A stretch of DNA of 64,000 nucleotides, from contig JASCQW010000139.1 in the NCBI GenBank assembly GCA_030264375.1, forward strand, positions 31,282,398 to 31,346,397, in the 5' to 3' direction. The DNA is from Carcharhinus longimanus. Taxonomy: Eukaryota. This document shows positions 51,061 to 63,567 of this stretch, piece after piece. Each line of letters starts with the position of its first letter. Position 1 is the first letter of the stretch. A program made the translations under genes and the position numbers. The notes under the pieces were generated by a model. The model saw only the letters and a list, made by a program, of their open reading frames with translations. It ran no database searches and had not been told where the DNA came from.

Positions 51061-54000
51061 TTACAACATTGCACTGTTCCTAAAATAAAGAATAAGTCTT
51101 CAGCCATCGTTGTTATCTCTTGATATTAATGGTATTTGACTAACATATTTTTGAATTACATCAATTCACCAGTCCTGCTGATGAAGAAGCTTTTTCCTTA
51201 GGTGGATTATGAATTTGTATAGACTTGTCTATTTGAGCATGTGTTAAGGAATAAAGTAGCAATGTAATTAAACTTAATAAATCAAGTGCTGATTTTATTT
51301 ATTTGCTCATCTTAAAGACCTTGGATAAAGCTGACTGTTAACTGTATACATATATAATCATTCCCCTTGACCCCCTCCTCTGCACTCCCCCCCCCACACA
51401 CACACACACACAAACATACATGCAGAGTTATTAGTAACCTAAACCATTTTGTAATCCTTCCCAACCTCTACACCCCCCGTGCATTATGCAAAGTATGCTT
51501 GGAGCTTGACAATGGCATAATGAGGTGGAAATTGCAACATGTAAGGTGCCCCTTTGTTGGCAAAGCATTGGGAGCACAATTTTAAATCAAAGCTTATTTT
51601 GGGTCTCTGAGTCAACACAACTAGTGTTGATAATGTGTCCTGATGCTGACCTTAGACATTGACCAGTTCAATTAACCAGTCAGGCCCGGACAATGGGAAA
51701 TCACTATTGGGTGAGCACTGGCCACTGAAGAATAGGGAATGGAACAGCAGAAACAGACATTGCAGGAACTACAGTAGAGGGGTGAGAAAATTATATTTTT
51801 ATAATCATGTAGGTAGTTGACAAAAGTTGAGGGAGGTTTTTGAAAGAGAGCAGGGAAGAACAAATAAAACCCTTTTGGAATTTACAGCAAATCCACCATT
51901 GGAAGTAGAGGAAACATTATAACGTGGATAATCAATGAATGACAATTTTTCAGATGGGAAGAACTTGCATCTTATGCAAGTTTTGTAAAATTAAAGGCAA
52001 ATGCAATTATGGTTAGAGTGCATTTTTAATATCAATTTATGTATTGAGTCAGTAATGTGATATATTTGAGTATAAGGTGTGTTCAAGCTATAAGTGAACT
52101 GCTATTGTGTTTAAGCTTTAGGACGGCAATGATAAACATCTAAGACAGCACTCCCTTTTCACATCATTCATCAAGCAACAGATATTTCTGCTTATATCTA
52201 GATGGAATGAAGAAGAGTGTTGCTCAACTTGTTAACTGATCTTCCTTCACTTCATTTCAATAGATGCCTTTCTCAGGGATCTCAGTTAGACTTGGAATTT
52301 CCCATATTGGAATCTGTCTCCTGCTGCTTCGTCACATTAAAAATAAAACGAGCATTGAATTGTGAATTAGCAGAAATTATGAAGATTTGTTTTATTTTAT
52401 TGTCTGTTTAGAAGAGAGGAATTTTAAACTGATGAACATGATTTTTAGGCTGTTTGAATTTTAATTCTGAATAAAGATGAATCTATATTAAAAGTCAAGT
52501 AGATCTAGAAATAAACTGATAGGATATTTCTGCTTATATCTACAACCTATTAAGAAACAGTGTTGCTCAACTTGTTAATTGACAGCTATGAAATCGTGTT
52601 GAATCAAGCACGAGTTTAATTAACCTCTGATAATTCAGTCATCTGAGGACAGAAACTCCCTGTACAAAACAAATAATGAAGGATTTGTTACAATCAACAT
52701 GGATTTATCAACTGACTCATTTTCATGCATTTTTGGAATGTTAGAGATTATGTGCTTACTCCCCCACTGGGATTGCAGCAGATGAGCCAACTTATGAACA
52801 TGTCCTTGTCTGAGGCTATTGGCCTTTTGCTGTAGTCTATCAAGGTTTTGGCCTTCTCATTCTCTTTTTAAGATCTGGCCAACCTAATATGCATTTCCAA
52901 TGCTTTCCTGATTACATTTATGACTGCCTGCACTAACAACCTCCACATCTCCATCCACAGCTCAAGTTAGAAACTTCTGGATTCAAGCATCACCAGTAGG
53001 TGGACACTTCTTAATTCAGTGACTGATGCACATTGTGAACAGCCCTACTTTTAGTATTAGGTGTAAACCCACTTACCCTCTCTACTGGATGCAAACGATC
53101 TCATGGCAACTGAAATAGATTAGCTGCTTTTTTATATCATTGTTTGTGTTTATTAGTGAATGCGCTTCAGAATTAATCCTTTTGGATGTGGAAAACATGA
53201 GCTAAATGGAAGCTTGTTCATTGTGTGGGCTTTTGTGTGATTCCTCCAGTCACTTCACCGTCTTAGTTACCTTAACATTGTTTTGATGCTTTTTCACTAC
53301 CTCTTCGATAGATGCTATAAAATATCATCTCAATATTAGATTTATTAATTGTGGGTCATTCAATCTATTAATTCCTGTTCTGTAATTGGAATGTTTGTTT
53401 TCTCATCTTCTGTTGATCTTTCAGTTTTATTTTCCAACAAAGAGCTACACACAAAAATATTAACCCATTTTCTCTTAATGGACGCTGATATGTTTTAATT
53501 TCATTTTTTCAACATTTGCACTTTCAGATGTCATTATAGGATGAAGCACAAGAAGTTAAGACTATATCAGAAGCAAATGGACCTTGCTCTGACAAAGGGT
53601 CATCCAGACTCGAAATGTTGGCTCTATTCTCTCTCCACAGATGCTGTCAGACCTGCTGAGATTTTCCAGCATTTTCTGTTTTTGTTGGAATGTATGTACC
53701 TTCCTTAATCCACAGTTTGTGTATTGTGCATTGCTTTCTAGTCGAGGAATTAGAGCCAAGAAGTTTATGGGAGATCTGATGGTTATACTATACAGTAAAT
53801 AGTGTTAAGATTGTTTCTGCTCTTTGGTGAGACAGTAACAAGAGTGAAAAAATTTAATGATAGTCATGTAAAATTAAATGGCAGAGTTAGCAAATGTATC
53901 TTTACGGGAAGTGTGGAATTCCTCACCACAAACCATTGCTGAGACACATTCTTCAACTTAAATTGTTGTTTGAAGGTGAATTAAAGAAAATGGGGAGGAA

Positions 54001-54637
54001 TCAAGTGTATGTGATTAGGTACAGGGGCTTACATGGAGAAAACTCGTGCTATGGGATCAATGAGCTATGGCCTGTCTTTGTTTTATAGCATTCTATGATT
54101 TCAATTTTTCAGGCTGCTGGACAGAAACTATTGCTTTGCATTTTCTTTTGAAACACAATCCCCATCCCCAAATACTTCCCAAGGTGAATACAATTTGAAT
54201 GATTTGAATGAGCTCCAGGCATTCTTGTTGGAAACTTGTTCATTTAAGGCAGAAAATAAGGAAAGAAAAGTTGATTGGTTAGTTTCCACAGATTATATGT
54301 AACTTCCTATTTAAAAGAACTTTATATGTAAAAGTTTTTTTTCCTGCAATTCACTGTCTTGTACATATAACATCCAGTTAATATTAGAAGGAACCTATTG
54401 TTATTATTCAGTGCTAATTTTTAATAATGGGAATTCTAATGCTTATATTTCCTGATATGTGAGAATACCAGAATTTCCACCTGACCCAGAGTTCTGACAC
54501 CTCCCATTATTTCTGCTCCATGTTGTTAGTACACAAGAGACAGGAGCTCCGCATGCTGCTAGGGAGTCAATGTCTAATGGGAGTCAAATACTTGTGAAGA
54601 CAGGGAGAGGAAATCAGCAAATATGATATTGCTTGAG

Positions 54638-54659
54638 ATATATATATATATATATATAT
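54638..54659 (+). repeat. (AT)n microsatellite
   Basis: Read directly from the sequence. Confidence 0.9.
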
Positions 54660-54675
54660 GTTCAAGATATTTGAC

Positions 54676-55016
54676 ATCATTCATGCGTAATGGTGGTGCT
54701 GGCTGGCCAGTATTTATTGCCCATCACTCGTTGCCTAAGGCAGTTGAGAATTAACCACATTGCTGTGGCTCTGGTAGGCCAGACCAGGTAAAGATGGCAG
54801 ATCTCCTTCCTTGGAGGACAGTAGTGAACTAGATATGTTTTTCTGACAATCAACAATAGTTTCATGGTCATCAATAGATTCTTATTTCCAGAATGATTTT
54901 ATTGAATTCAAATTCCCATCACTTGTCATGGCAGGATTCAAACCCGAGTCTCCCAAGCATTAGCTGAGTTTCAGTAAGGATAGTCTAGCGATAATACTGT
55001 TAGGTCATTGTCTCGC
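54676..55016 (-). mobile_element. SINE-like repeat (family also at about 2675-2820, 5800-6035, 24405-24712)
   Basis: Shared motifs gaattcaaattc, ccatgaaactattgttgattgtcagaaaaac and ggaaggagatctgcc-tctttacctggtctggccta. Confidence 0.6.
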
Positions 55017-56308
55017 CTCAGTATTAGCACAGGTTAACAATTATTCTGCTAGCCTTTAAATAAACCCTGACACGTAATCCCTAGCAATCATTCTGGCCAC
55101 GGAGAAATAAAATGAAAATCACAGTGATAAATTTAATCCTTGCGATTGTGCGCAATCAGCAGCCTGTTTCCTGTAATGGGAAAGAAAATTAGGCATGATT
55201 GTTTTTGAATGCAAAGTTTAAAAGATCTGTATGTTTTGGAAGTATCTTTAATTGAAGGTAAAATGGAACAATGAAGAATTGTGATCTGCCTGATGAGAAG
55301 CCTATGGAGCTTGGCTACCATGGAGACCTGGAGAGCCAGGTTGAGAGCTGCTGAGCATAGTGCAAAATTCTCACACTTGAAAACAAAGGCAGGAGCAGCT
55401 GGGGCTGAACTATGGGCAGACTCCACCATTATAGACAAGAGAGGGGAAAGTTTCACAGGAAGACAGAAAGCTGCAACTAATATAAAAGGCAAAATACTGC
55501 AGATGCTGGAATCTGAAACAAAAACAGAAAATGCTGGAGAAACCCAGCAAGTCTGACAGCACGTGTGGCAAGAGAATAGAGCCAACATTTCGAGTCTCGC
55601 TGTCTCTGACCTCTGACGCAAACCTGTTCGACTGGTTCCGATAAAAACTGCAATTCTAGGGAGCGGGTAGTTAAGTATAACTATGGCATAGAGATTATGT
55701 CATGTTCAAATTTAAAGGAGGGATATCTTTTCTATAGTATTAGTAGTTTTCTAAATGTTTTGTCTGTAGATTCCTTTTACTGTGTAAGTCTCAAACTTAA
55801 CCTATCACAAAATTCTTTTTATTTGGATATTGGGAATTCAAATTTCTTGTTTAAAAGTATTGTTTTCCTTGCAGACTGTAACATGATATAATGCAGTTGA
55901 CCTAGTCATTATTACCTGATCTGTTTATCATTGAAATCTTATTTCACTACTAAATTTCCTTATTTAAATCTAATCTGTATATGCAACATGTGTGTTACTA
56001 CATTTTAGGTCAACGGGCCTATTCACTGTGACATGGCTAAGCACTCCAGTAAACATCAGTTGCTCCAAAGTCTGCTGAGGTTGTGTGGAAAAGATTAGTT
56101 AAAGGAACTGTGCAACAAAGGTTTACAATCTTAAGTGTTTGTAGATTTCCTTCACTCCTCTTAGAGTAGAGTTTAATCTCTTTCACATCACTTTTTCTAT
56201 CCATTCTCTTTCAGCCAAAGGTGATGTGAACTTGCATGGCCATCAATTAGAATTAGTTCAAATAAGAGGTACTAAATCTAGGCTTGCAGTTCATCTTGAT
56301 GGGGTCTA

Positions 56309-57397
56309 AGTTACGACAGGTTGGGGAAAAAGTCACACTCCATTCCTGTAAGATAGCAACGAGTGCCATTTTTCTGAGATGTACAGAATAATATATTAAT
56401 AGCAAACATTAAGCTAGAGTAAAAATAGGACTAGGGAACATTGGTATAATATTGGAGAAGGTGAGTTCTAAAGTTATATCTAGAAGAACTTGTATGATTA
56501 GCATGTAAAATGATCCTCCAGGTAGGAATGTGAAGTGAAATCAAAGTTGTTCAAGAGCCAGTTGCTGTAGTGTTAGGACCTAAAGTTTCAATAAAGAATT
56601 AGCCAAATAGAACAAAAGGCCTCTCTCATCAGTTATATTTGTGATAACTTTCTACTGGGGCATTAAGAGTAGTTGCTAGGAAACAAAGAAATATGGCAAA
56701 AATTAACATTAAGCTGGGTTGGTTAAGATCATCATTGTCATGTGACCGTACCTTTAAAGTTTTTTTTAAAGAAAACATGCAGCTTATAGCTTCAGTGATG
56801 TCATAGTGAGTTCGATCTAATCTGTGATAGGTGGTAAGGTTTTCAGTTTCATTTGTGGCAGTCAGGTGTTGGGGTTTTTTCCTTTGAGCTTTCAGTTTCG
56901 CTTTGGGGAGTGTTTTTGAAGCAGTCTCTCTCCCTATTCTTCTTTGTTTGGTTCTGAAATTATCAGATAGTTGAAGGAGAGGCTTATTGCCATCCTGCCT
57001 AAAAGAAGCTGTGTTTTAGGAAACAGATTCAACAGTTTCTTCAGGGGGCAGGATGCCTGTAACAAGTGGGTATTAACCTATGCTGTATTGTGTTCACTTG
57101 GAGGGTTTTGTGTATTGGATGTTGGCTTTGGTTGGAACCCAAGATATTTCCTTAAGAGTTATCATTAGCATGGTTGTTGTTTCTTGTTTGTAATTGTTAA
57201 AGTTCATGCTAATTGTCTTACTACACGTCAACAATATTCTTATTTAAACTTTGTTTTTGATAAAAGCTCCTTGTGCGTCAGTTGAATCACTTGAATTGAA
57301 ACCTCTCATGCTCATCCTAGTCAAATTCAATGTAAAACAATGCAGGTCAGGCAAGCTTCAGAGAACATCTTGAAGGATCTGATCTTGACTTGTAACA
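56309..57397 (+). mobile_element. Possible solo LTR
   Basis: Begins agttacgacagg and ends ttgtaaca, the same terminus as 40701-40708. An ataaaa signal lies about 135 nt before the end. No TSD found. Confidence 0.4.
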
Positions 57398-57487
57398 AGT
57401 GGGAGGCATGTCATCTGCAGGAATGCCACCACTAATTGACCCAACATGCACAAAAACAGTATTTCATTATTAAGATGGGCTACACAT

Positions 57488-58335
57488 TAGAACATAGAAC
57501 ACTGCAGCACAAACAGGCCCTTCGGCCCACAAGTTGCACTGATCGTATCCATACGTGCCAGGCCATAGAACTATTTATAACTCCCAATCCCGTTAAATCC
57601 CACATACTCATTCAAAAGTCTTTTAAAAGACCCCAGCGAGTTCGGCTCTACCACCACCAACAGCAGCCGATTCCACTCACTCACCACCCTCTGAGTGAAT
57701 AGCTTACCCTTGACATCTCCTCCGTACCTGCTCCCCAGCACCTTAAACCTGTGTCCTCTCGTAGCGACCATTTCAGCCCTGGGAAATGGTCTCTCAGAAT
57801 CTACCCGATCTATACCTCAACATTTTATAAACCTTCATCTCTCCAGGGAGAAGAGACCTAGCTCCCTCTTATGTCTTCATAAGACATGCCTCCCAATCTA
57901 GGCAACATCCTTGTAAATCTCCTCTGCACCCTCTCAATAGCTTCCACATCCTTCCTGTAGTGAGGCAACCAGAATGACACACAGTACTCCAAGTGGGGCC
58001 TGACAAGGGTCTTATGAAGTTGCAGCATTACCTCCCGCCTCCTAAACTCAATCCCTCGATTAATGAAGGCCTGTACACCATATGCCTTCTTGACCACATC
58101 CTCCACCCGCGAGGCCAATTTAAGAGACCTATGGACACGGACCCCAAGGTCCTTCTGCTCCTCAACACTGCTGAGGCTCCTACCCTTGATATTGTATTCC
58201 TTCATCCCATTGGGCCTGCCAAAATGGACCACTACACATTTATCTGCATTGAAAGTCCATATGCTACTTCTCCACCCAGACTTGCATCCTATCTATGTCA
58301 CGCTGCAACTTCTGACATCCCTCCAGACTATCCAC
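57488..58335 (-). mobile_element. CR1 LINE 3' portion, relatively young
   Basis: Minus-strand ORFs VHFGRPN...EQKDLGVRVH...LVRPHLEYCVSFWLPHYRKDVEAIERVQRRFTRMLP and TRGHRFKV...FTQRVVSEWNRL, plus the tail. Confidence 0.92.
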
Positions 58336-59409
58336 AACACATTAGGATCCTTAAAAATCAAGACAGCAAAGTCACTTCAAGATGACTGGAGTGTGCCTCA
58401 CTTTAGCATCAACGAGAATCAAGGTTTACTTATCCATCTGAGCAATATATACCATAAAAAAGGTAGAAAAAAAAAACAGCCTGTCACAGTTGGATGTGAA
58501 TTAATTTTTATTCTATTTCCTTGAGCAATGCTAATAAAGGGATATTTCTGCTCAAGTGCATGTAACTGATTAATAAAAATTCATAATGGACACAGTCCCT
58601 GTCATAGCTCATCTCGATCTGATTTTCAGGGCTTTGTTCAAGTATAGGTCCATAGGGCAAATAAAAGGACTGTACTCCGCAAGATGTTGCGAGCAAAAAT
58701 GTTTTAAAATTAATTAAAACAGTTATCAAAATTCAGCTTAGCAATGTTGTGTTTAAATATATTTAAATTTTTCAGATAAAACACTTCTTATATTTTACAG
58801 TGCATAAAACCAACAAAGGCCTGGAAAGGTAAAGGAATGCCCTCATGGGGTAGGCTCTCGTTTTGGCACAGCTAAACTGAAAAGAGGATGGAGGATGAGA
58901 AAGGGAACCCAAACTTACTAGATAACCAAGGATGATAGGAAAGGTCAAAAGGAGTGCAATTAAAAACTTTTTCTTGTGTTCCTCCTAAGATCAGATTGAC
59001 TATAGCCTGGGGCTTTGCCTACCTCCTCAGTTTGGAGATGCAATATGGAAAGGGAGGAGGAATACAATACATAAAGCTTCCTTGACACCATAACAATCAT
59101 GGATTTGTGCTTCAACACTGAGCAAAATTCAATTCTTTCAACCATATGGGAAACTTCTATAATTTCATTGCCAGGTATCAAGTTGGGAGTCTTCCTACTG
59201 TGTAGAATGTAGAATTGGAGACCCATCTTTGTGACATTGGCAACTGTGCTCATGGCAACCTTGAACCCAGCTAGATACTGCTTAGATGCCAGAGGTTAAC
59301 TGAGAAGGGATCAAAAAGAACAATTAGAGTTCAAATCATTAAAATGTACTGGAGAATTTTCTTGTCATGCTGCTCGTGTTTTGAGAAAATACATAATTTA
59401 TTCAAAATA

Positions 59410-59517
59410 TTACTTTTTCAGTTCTTCAATAATTTCTTTAAAGCTCATGACAAACCACTGGGCTCTCTCTTTCACTTGCTGACGGACAATGTTCCCACCA
59501 AATCCGATAAATGCATC
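59410..59517 (-). CDS. PSPH: Phosphoserine phosphatase, last coding exon
   Basis: On the minus strand, acceptor gtcttag. Translates DAFIGFGGNIVRQQVKERAQWFVMSFKEIIEELKK* (TAA); 108 nt. Confidence 0.96.
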   Translation of the reverse strand, partial: DAFIGFGGNIVRQQVKERAQWFVMSFKEIIEELKK

Positions 59518-59722
59518 CTAAGACCAGAAACCAATAGTTTGTTAGGCATTTCTATAAAAGCATTATTTGATACATACAAGCAACAATCAGAGTCTAATGT
59601 AATGTTGGAGCTCATTCTCTTATTAGAGAATGAAAAGCTTAAAGTTAAATTTATAATTAAAATTAAATAAGTTTAGGTTACAACTTTCAAGTGACAAAAT
59701 TAAGTTTTCCATCTGTACATAC

Positions 59723-59871
59723 TGCAGGAGGGCATGCCTCTAAGTCTGTGGCTCCATCTCCAATCATAACAACTTTCTTAAAGCCTCTTTCTTCTTTTAG
59801 AAGACTTATAATCCGGCCTTTCCCACCAGATTCTGCTGTTGGCTGGGATTCGTCAAAACCAGCATAATCGC
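59723..59871 (-). CDS. PSPH: Phosphoserine phosphatase, penultimate coding exon
   Basis: Acceptor ttacag. Translates (G)DYAGFDESQPTAESGGKGRIISLLKEERGFKKVVMIGDGATDLEACPPA, containing the HAD motif GDGxTD. Donor GTATGT; 149 nt. Confidence 0.97.
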
Positions 59872-60212
59872 CTGTAATGAAAGAAGATCAACTCTGATAT
59901 ACCTCATTTCCATCAGGGAGTTTTATTCAGTAGCAATTTGGAGGTGGGATGAAAGAGAACAAATTCCACACATCATGAAAATCTGTGCCATTTAACCCTA
60001 AAAACATATTCCTTCCCTTAGCTTTCCTGACCTCACCTAATGTGATGGGAGCCCTGAACATCTCCAGCGCACGCACACTTCCTCTTAGCTGCTGGTATGA
60101 CCCATTATAGAAACTATGCTTTTGCGTCACAACCAGGCTGACAATAACAAGTGGTCACATGGAATAGTCCCAAGTGAAAAAGACAACAGATATTGGGCTG
60201 CAAGTCAACAGC

Positions 60213-60293
60213 TAGCTGGTATTTGTCGAGGTTCGTCCCGAGCAGCTCGGTGACGCAGGACTCTGTGCTCTACGGGCTGTTTCCGGGGACGCA
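60213..60293 (+). mobile_element. Tx1/L1-group ORF2 C-terminal fragment in a PSPH intron, running into a gap
   Basis: CpG-rich segment translating WYLSRFVPSSSVTQDSVLYGLFPGT, recalled as the region after the C-terminal cysteine-rich motif of Tx1-type ORF2. Confidence 0.55.
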
Positions 60294-60758
60294 NNNNNNN
60301 NNNNNNNNNNNNNNNNNNNNNNNNNNNNNNNNNNNNNNNNNNNNNNNNNNNNNNNNNNNNNNNNNNNNNNNNNNNNNNNNNNNNNNNNNNNNNNNNNNNN
60401 NNNNNNNNNNNNNNNNNNNNNNNNNNNNNNNNNNNNNNNNNNNNNNNNNNNNNNNNNNNNNNNNNNNNNNNNNNNNNNNNNNNNNNNNNNNNNNNNNNNN
60501 NNNNNNNNNNNNNNNNNNNNNNNNNNNNNNNNNNNNNNNNNNNNNNNNNNNNNNNNNNNNNNNNNNNNNNNNNNNNNNNNNNNNNNNNNNNNNNNNNNNN
60601 NNNNNNNNNNNNNNNNNNNNNNNNNNNNNNNNNNNNNNNNNNNNNNNNNNNNNNNNNNNNNNNNNNNNNNNNNNNNNNNNNNNNNNNNNNNNNNNNNNNN
60701 NNNNNNNNNNNNNNNNNNNNNNNNNNNNNNNNNNNNNNNNNNNNNNNNNNNNNNNNNN

Positions 60759-60945
60759 TGCTGCCATCAGACTTTTGAACGGACCTACCTCACATTAAGT
60801 TGATCCTTCTCTACACCCTAGCTATGACTGTAACATTACATTACGCACCCTCTCCTTATATATGAACTGTATGCTTTGTCTGTATATTGCACAAGAAACA
60901 ATATTTTTCCACTATATACTAATACATGACAATATTAATCCAAAT
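60759..60945 (+). mobile_element. Rex1/Babar-type LINE 3' end
   Basis: AAIRLLNG.. stop (the P.AIRLLN terminal motif) followed by a 3' UTR ending caatattaatccaaat. Confidence 0.65.
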
Positions 60946-61558
60946 TTGTATTTGTTTACCATTCCAGAAAGTCCAGTTTCAGCCTTCCATTGATTATGCG
61001 TGTGTACATTAATAAAAATTAAATATTTGTGACATACGTAAATGAATGACCTATTGTGTAAAAAGTAAAAATGTTAAAACTTCCTAATCCAGAGGGAAAG
61101 CCTAACTACCTGCTCCAATTCAAATGAATAAAATTAGATTAAGGAAAAGCGTCAAATTCTGCTCCTGTTCACCGAATAGTAAGTTTGCAACCTATTTGAA
61201 TTTCGTCAGAAACATTAAAGGTGACCGGAAGAATAGCTTTTTTAAAAATGTATTGAGTGGTTATGATTCAAAATGCACTGGCTGCAAGGCAGATTCAATT
61301 AAAGCTTTCAAAAGGAAATTTGATCAATACGTGATTAAAAGGAAATGAAAGGTTACGGAAAAAGGACAGGATGAGTAAGTGGATTGCTCTTTCAGAGAGC
61401 TTGCACAGCATGATCTCCTGCATTGTAACTATTCCATGCTAAGTGCACTCCTTCAGGTTTTCTGCAGAGGCTGCACTGGAAGTTCCTATTTTTCTTCTGC
61501 AAGGTTAGAAGAAAATATCCCTGCAATTCCTAGTTACCATTGGGTCTAGTTACCACAG

Positions 61559-61868
61559 GGCAGCACGGTGGCACAATGGTTAGCACTGCTGCCTCACAGC
61601 GCCAGGGACCTGGGTTCAATTCCTGGCTTGGGTCAGTGTGTGGAGTTTGCACATTCTCCCTGTATTTGCGTGGATTTCCTCCAGGTGCTCCGGTTTCCTC
61701 CCACAGTCCAAAGATGCGCAGGTTAGGTTGATTGGCCATGATAAATTGCCTGAGTATCGGGGGACGAGCAGGGTAAATGGGGTTACGGGGATAGGATCTG
61801 GGTGGGTTTGTTGGTGCAGGCTCGATGGGCCAAATTGCCTCCTTCTGTACTGTAGGGATTCTATGATT
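61559..61868 (+). mobile_element. Full-length HE1-type SINE
   Basis: tRNA-like head with A/B boxes (ggcacaatggttagc, ggttcaattcc), core, and CR1-like tail ctgtactgtagggattctatgattct. Confidence 0.88.
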
Positions 61869-62559
61869 CTGCTCATTTTCCAACCCTTCAGGGAGTCTGA
61901 TGACTGAGTGCCATGGATCCTGAGACACTTACCTCATTCCCACCCCTTTTGCCTGCAACCTTTCTATTGCACAGAGTTAACATGTTTGATCAGACAATCC
62001 ATGCAGCCACTGATAATCACTGGAGTAACAAGTCAACTTGTCAGTGTACTACAGTAAAGCTGTTATACAAAGTCATGGATGATTCTGTTCCAGGTCTGGA
62101 AAAAAATCTTTGTATATGAATTGCCCTAAGCATCCGACACAGTATCCAGGTCTGTTTGTTAGTAACTTCCTTGAACCATAGAAAAGTTACTGAGCTGAAT
62201 AGCCTCTTTCTACACTTTGTGTTTGCACCAGCCCAAAGAGGAAAAAAACTAGCTGCTCATTTTAATCCCATTTTCCAGCACCAAGTCCGTAGCCTTGCAG
62301 GTTTAGAGTACTTTAGACGCAGATCCAGGTATCTTTTAAAGGAGTTGAGCATTTCAGCCTCAACTTAGGCAGGCAGTGAATCCCAGATGCCCATCACGCT
62401 ATGGGTGAAAATGATTCAACTTTAATTTGAAGTCTGACAATCTGTTCACACTAAGCATCTTTAGCTATCAGTTCCTCTCCGAACACTTCCTCTTAGGACT
62501 GCTCTCAGAGCTCCTGCCCGCTAGTGGTAACTGCCGAGCTCCCTGCAACCTAGCAACCT

Positions 62560-62960
62560 GTTTGATTGGTACCCCATCCACAAGCGCCCTCTCCCTCCAT
62601 CACCAATGAAGAGTGGCAACTGTGTACCATCTACAAGATTCACTATTGAAATTCACCAAGGCCCCTTAGACAGCATCTTCCACGACCACTATCATCTAGA
62701 AAACAAAGGCAGCAGATAGTTGGGAACACCACCAGTTGGAAGTTCCTCTCCAAGTCCTTCACTATCCTGACTTGGAAATATATCGCTGTTCCTTCACTGT
62801 CACGGAGTCAAAATCTTGGAACTCTCCTCCTAATAGCTCTGCGTGTGCACCCACGTCACAGGAAAGGCAGCAGTTCAAGGACGAAGTTTACCATCATTTA
62901 GGAATGGGCAAGAAATGCTGGCCTAGTCAGAGAAGCCCATATCCCTTCAATTAATTAAAA
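62560..62960 (+). mobile_element. LINE 3' fragment of the 22090-23860 family
   Basis: gtgtaccatctacaagattcactattgaaattcaccaagg matches about 23775-23815. The downstream part matches about 25120-25380. Confidence 0.65.
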
Positions 62961-63421
62961 AGCAAAATGAACTGAATGGGGTAGAGTCAGGCGACATTAC
63001 GTAGATGTTTTGGTGATGGCTTGAACGTGTGTTTGGATGTTCATCTTAGGGACAAAAACAATCCCACATTTCAAACACTGGTTTAATGTCAGACAGTGGC
63101 CAGGGAGAGGGATGGAGTGGATAGTTCAAGAACTGAATTTATAGGAGGCACTGAAGACAATGTCTTCCTTGTATTTTGATGAAGGAAATGTCTGTTCATC
63201 CAATAGTTGATGTCAGGTAGTTTGAAAAATTAGCAGCAGTGAAGGGATTAGTATTGGTGATAATGGAGGTGACAGTATCCAATCCTTGCACCAGTTTTCA
63301 GTCCCTGTTGTGGTGCTCCCTGCTACTGCTGGTCAGCCGTTTCATTTCTTTCTCCTTTGAATTTTACTAAACAGAAGTTTCTGGTCTGGAAACAGTCAAT
63401 TCCCATTAGAGTGATCCTTAC

Positions 63422-63567
63422 CATTGAAGTAAAACTTCAGCTTGTTTGCATACACGTTGGATAAGGGAACATTTATCTTTTCTGCTACATGTTCCACTAT
63501 GCACCTGAATCCACCCGATATCAGGAAGATTTGCACACCGCGTTGTTGGAGATGATCAACCAGGTTC
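63422..63567 (-). CDS. PSPH: Phosphoserine phosphatase, internal coding exon (upstream exons lie beyond the window)
   Basis: Acceptor aaacag. Translates (R)NLVDHLQQRGVQIFLISGGFRCIVEHVAEKINVPLSNVYANKLKFYFN, containing the HAD motif II SGGF. Donor GTAAGG; 146 nt. Confidence 0.96.

Noticed and set aside
52181-52582. CRISPR-like repeat-spacer array
   Set aside because: This is a vertebrate genome with only two units, two different boxes and no cas genes. It is kept only as an unexplained direct repeat.
55133-55621. 162-aa minus-strand ORF and overlapping 91-aa plus-strand ORF
   Set aside because: About a quarter of it is the palindromic Penelope-derived repeat, and there is no recognisable domain or splice structure.
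57993-58524. 130-aa and 153-aa plus-strand ORFs
   Set aside because: These are antisense frames of the minus-strand CR1 ORF2.
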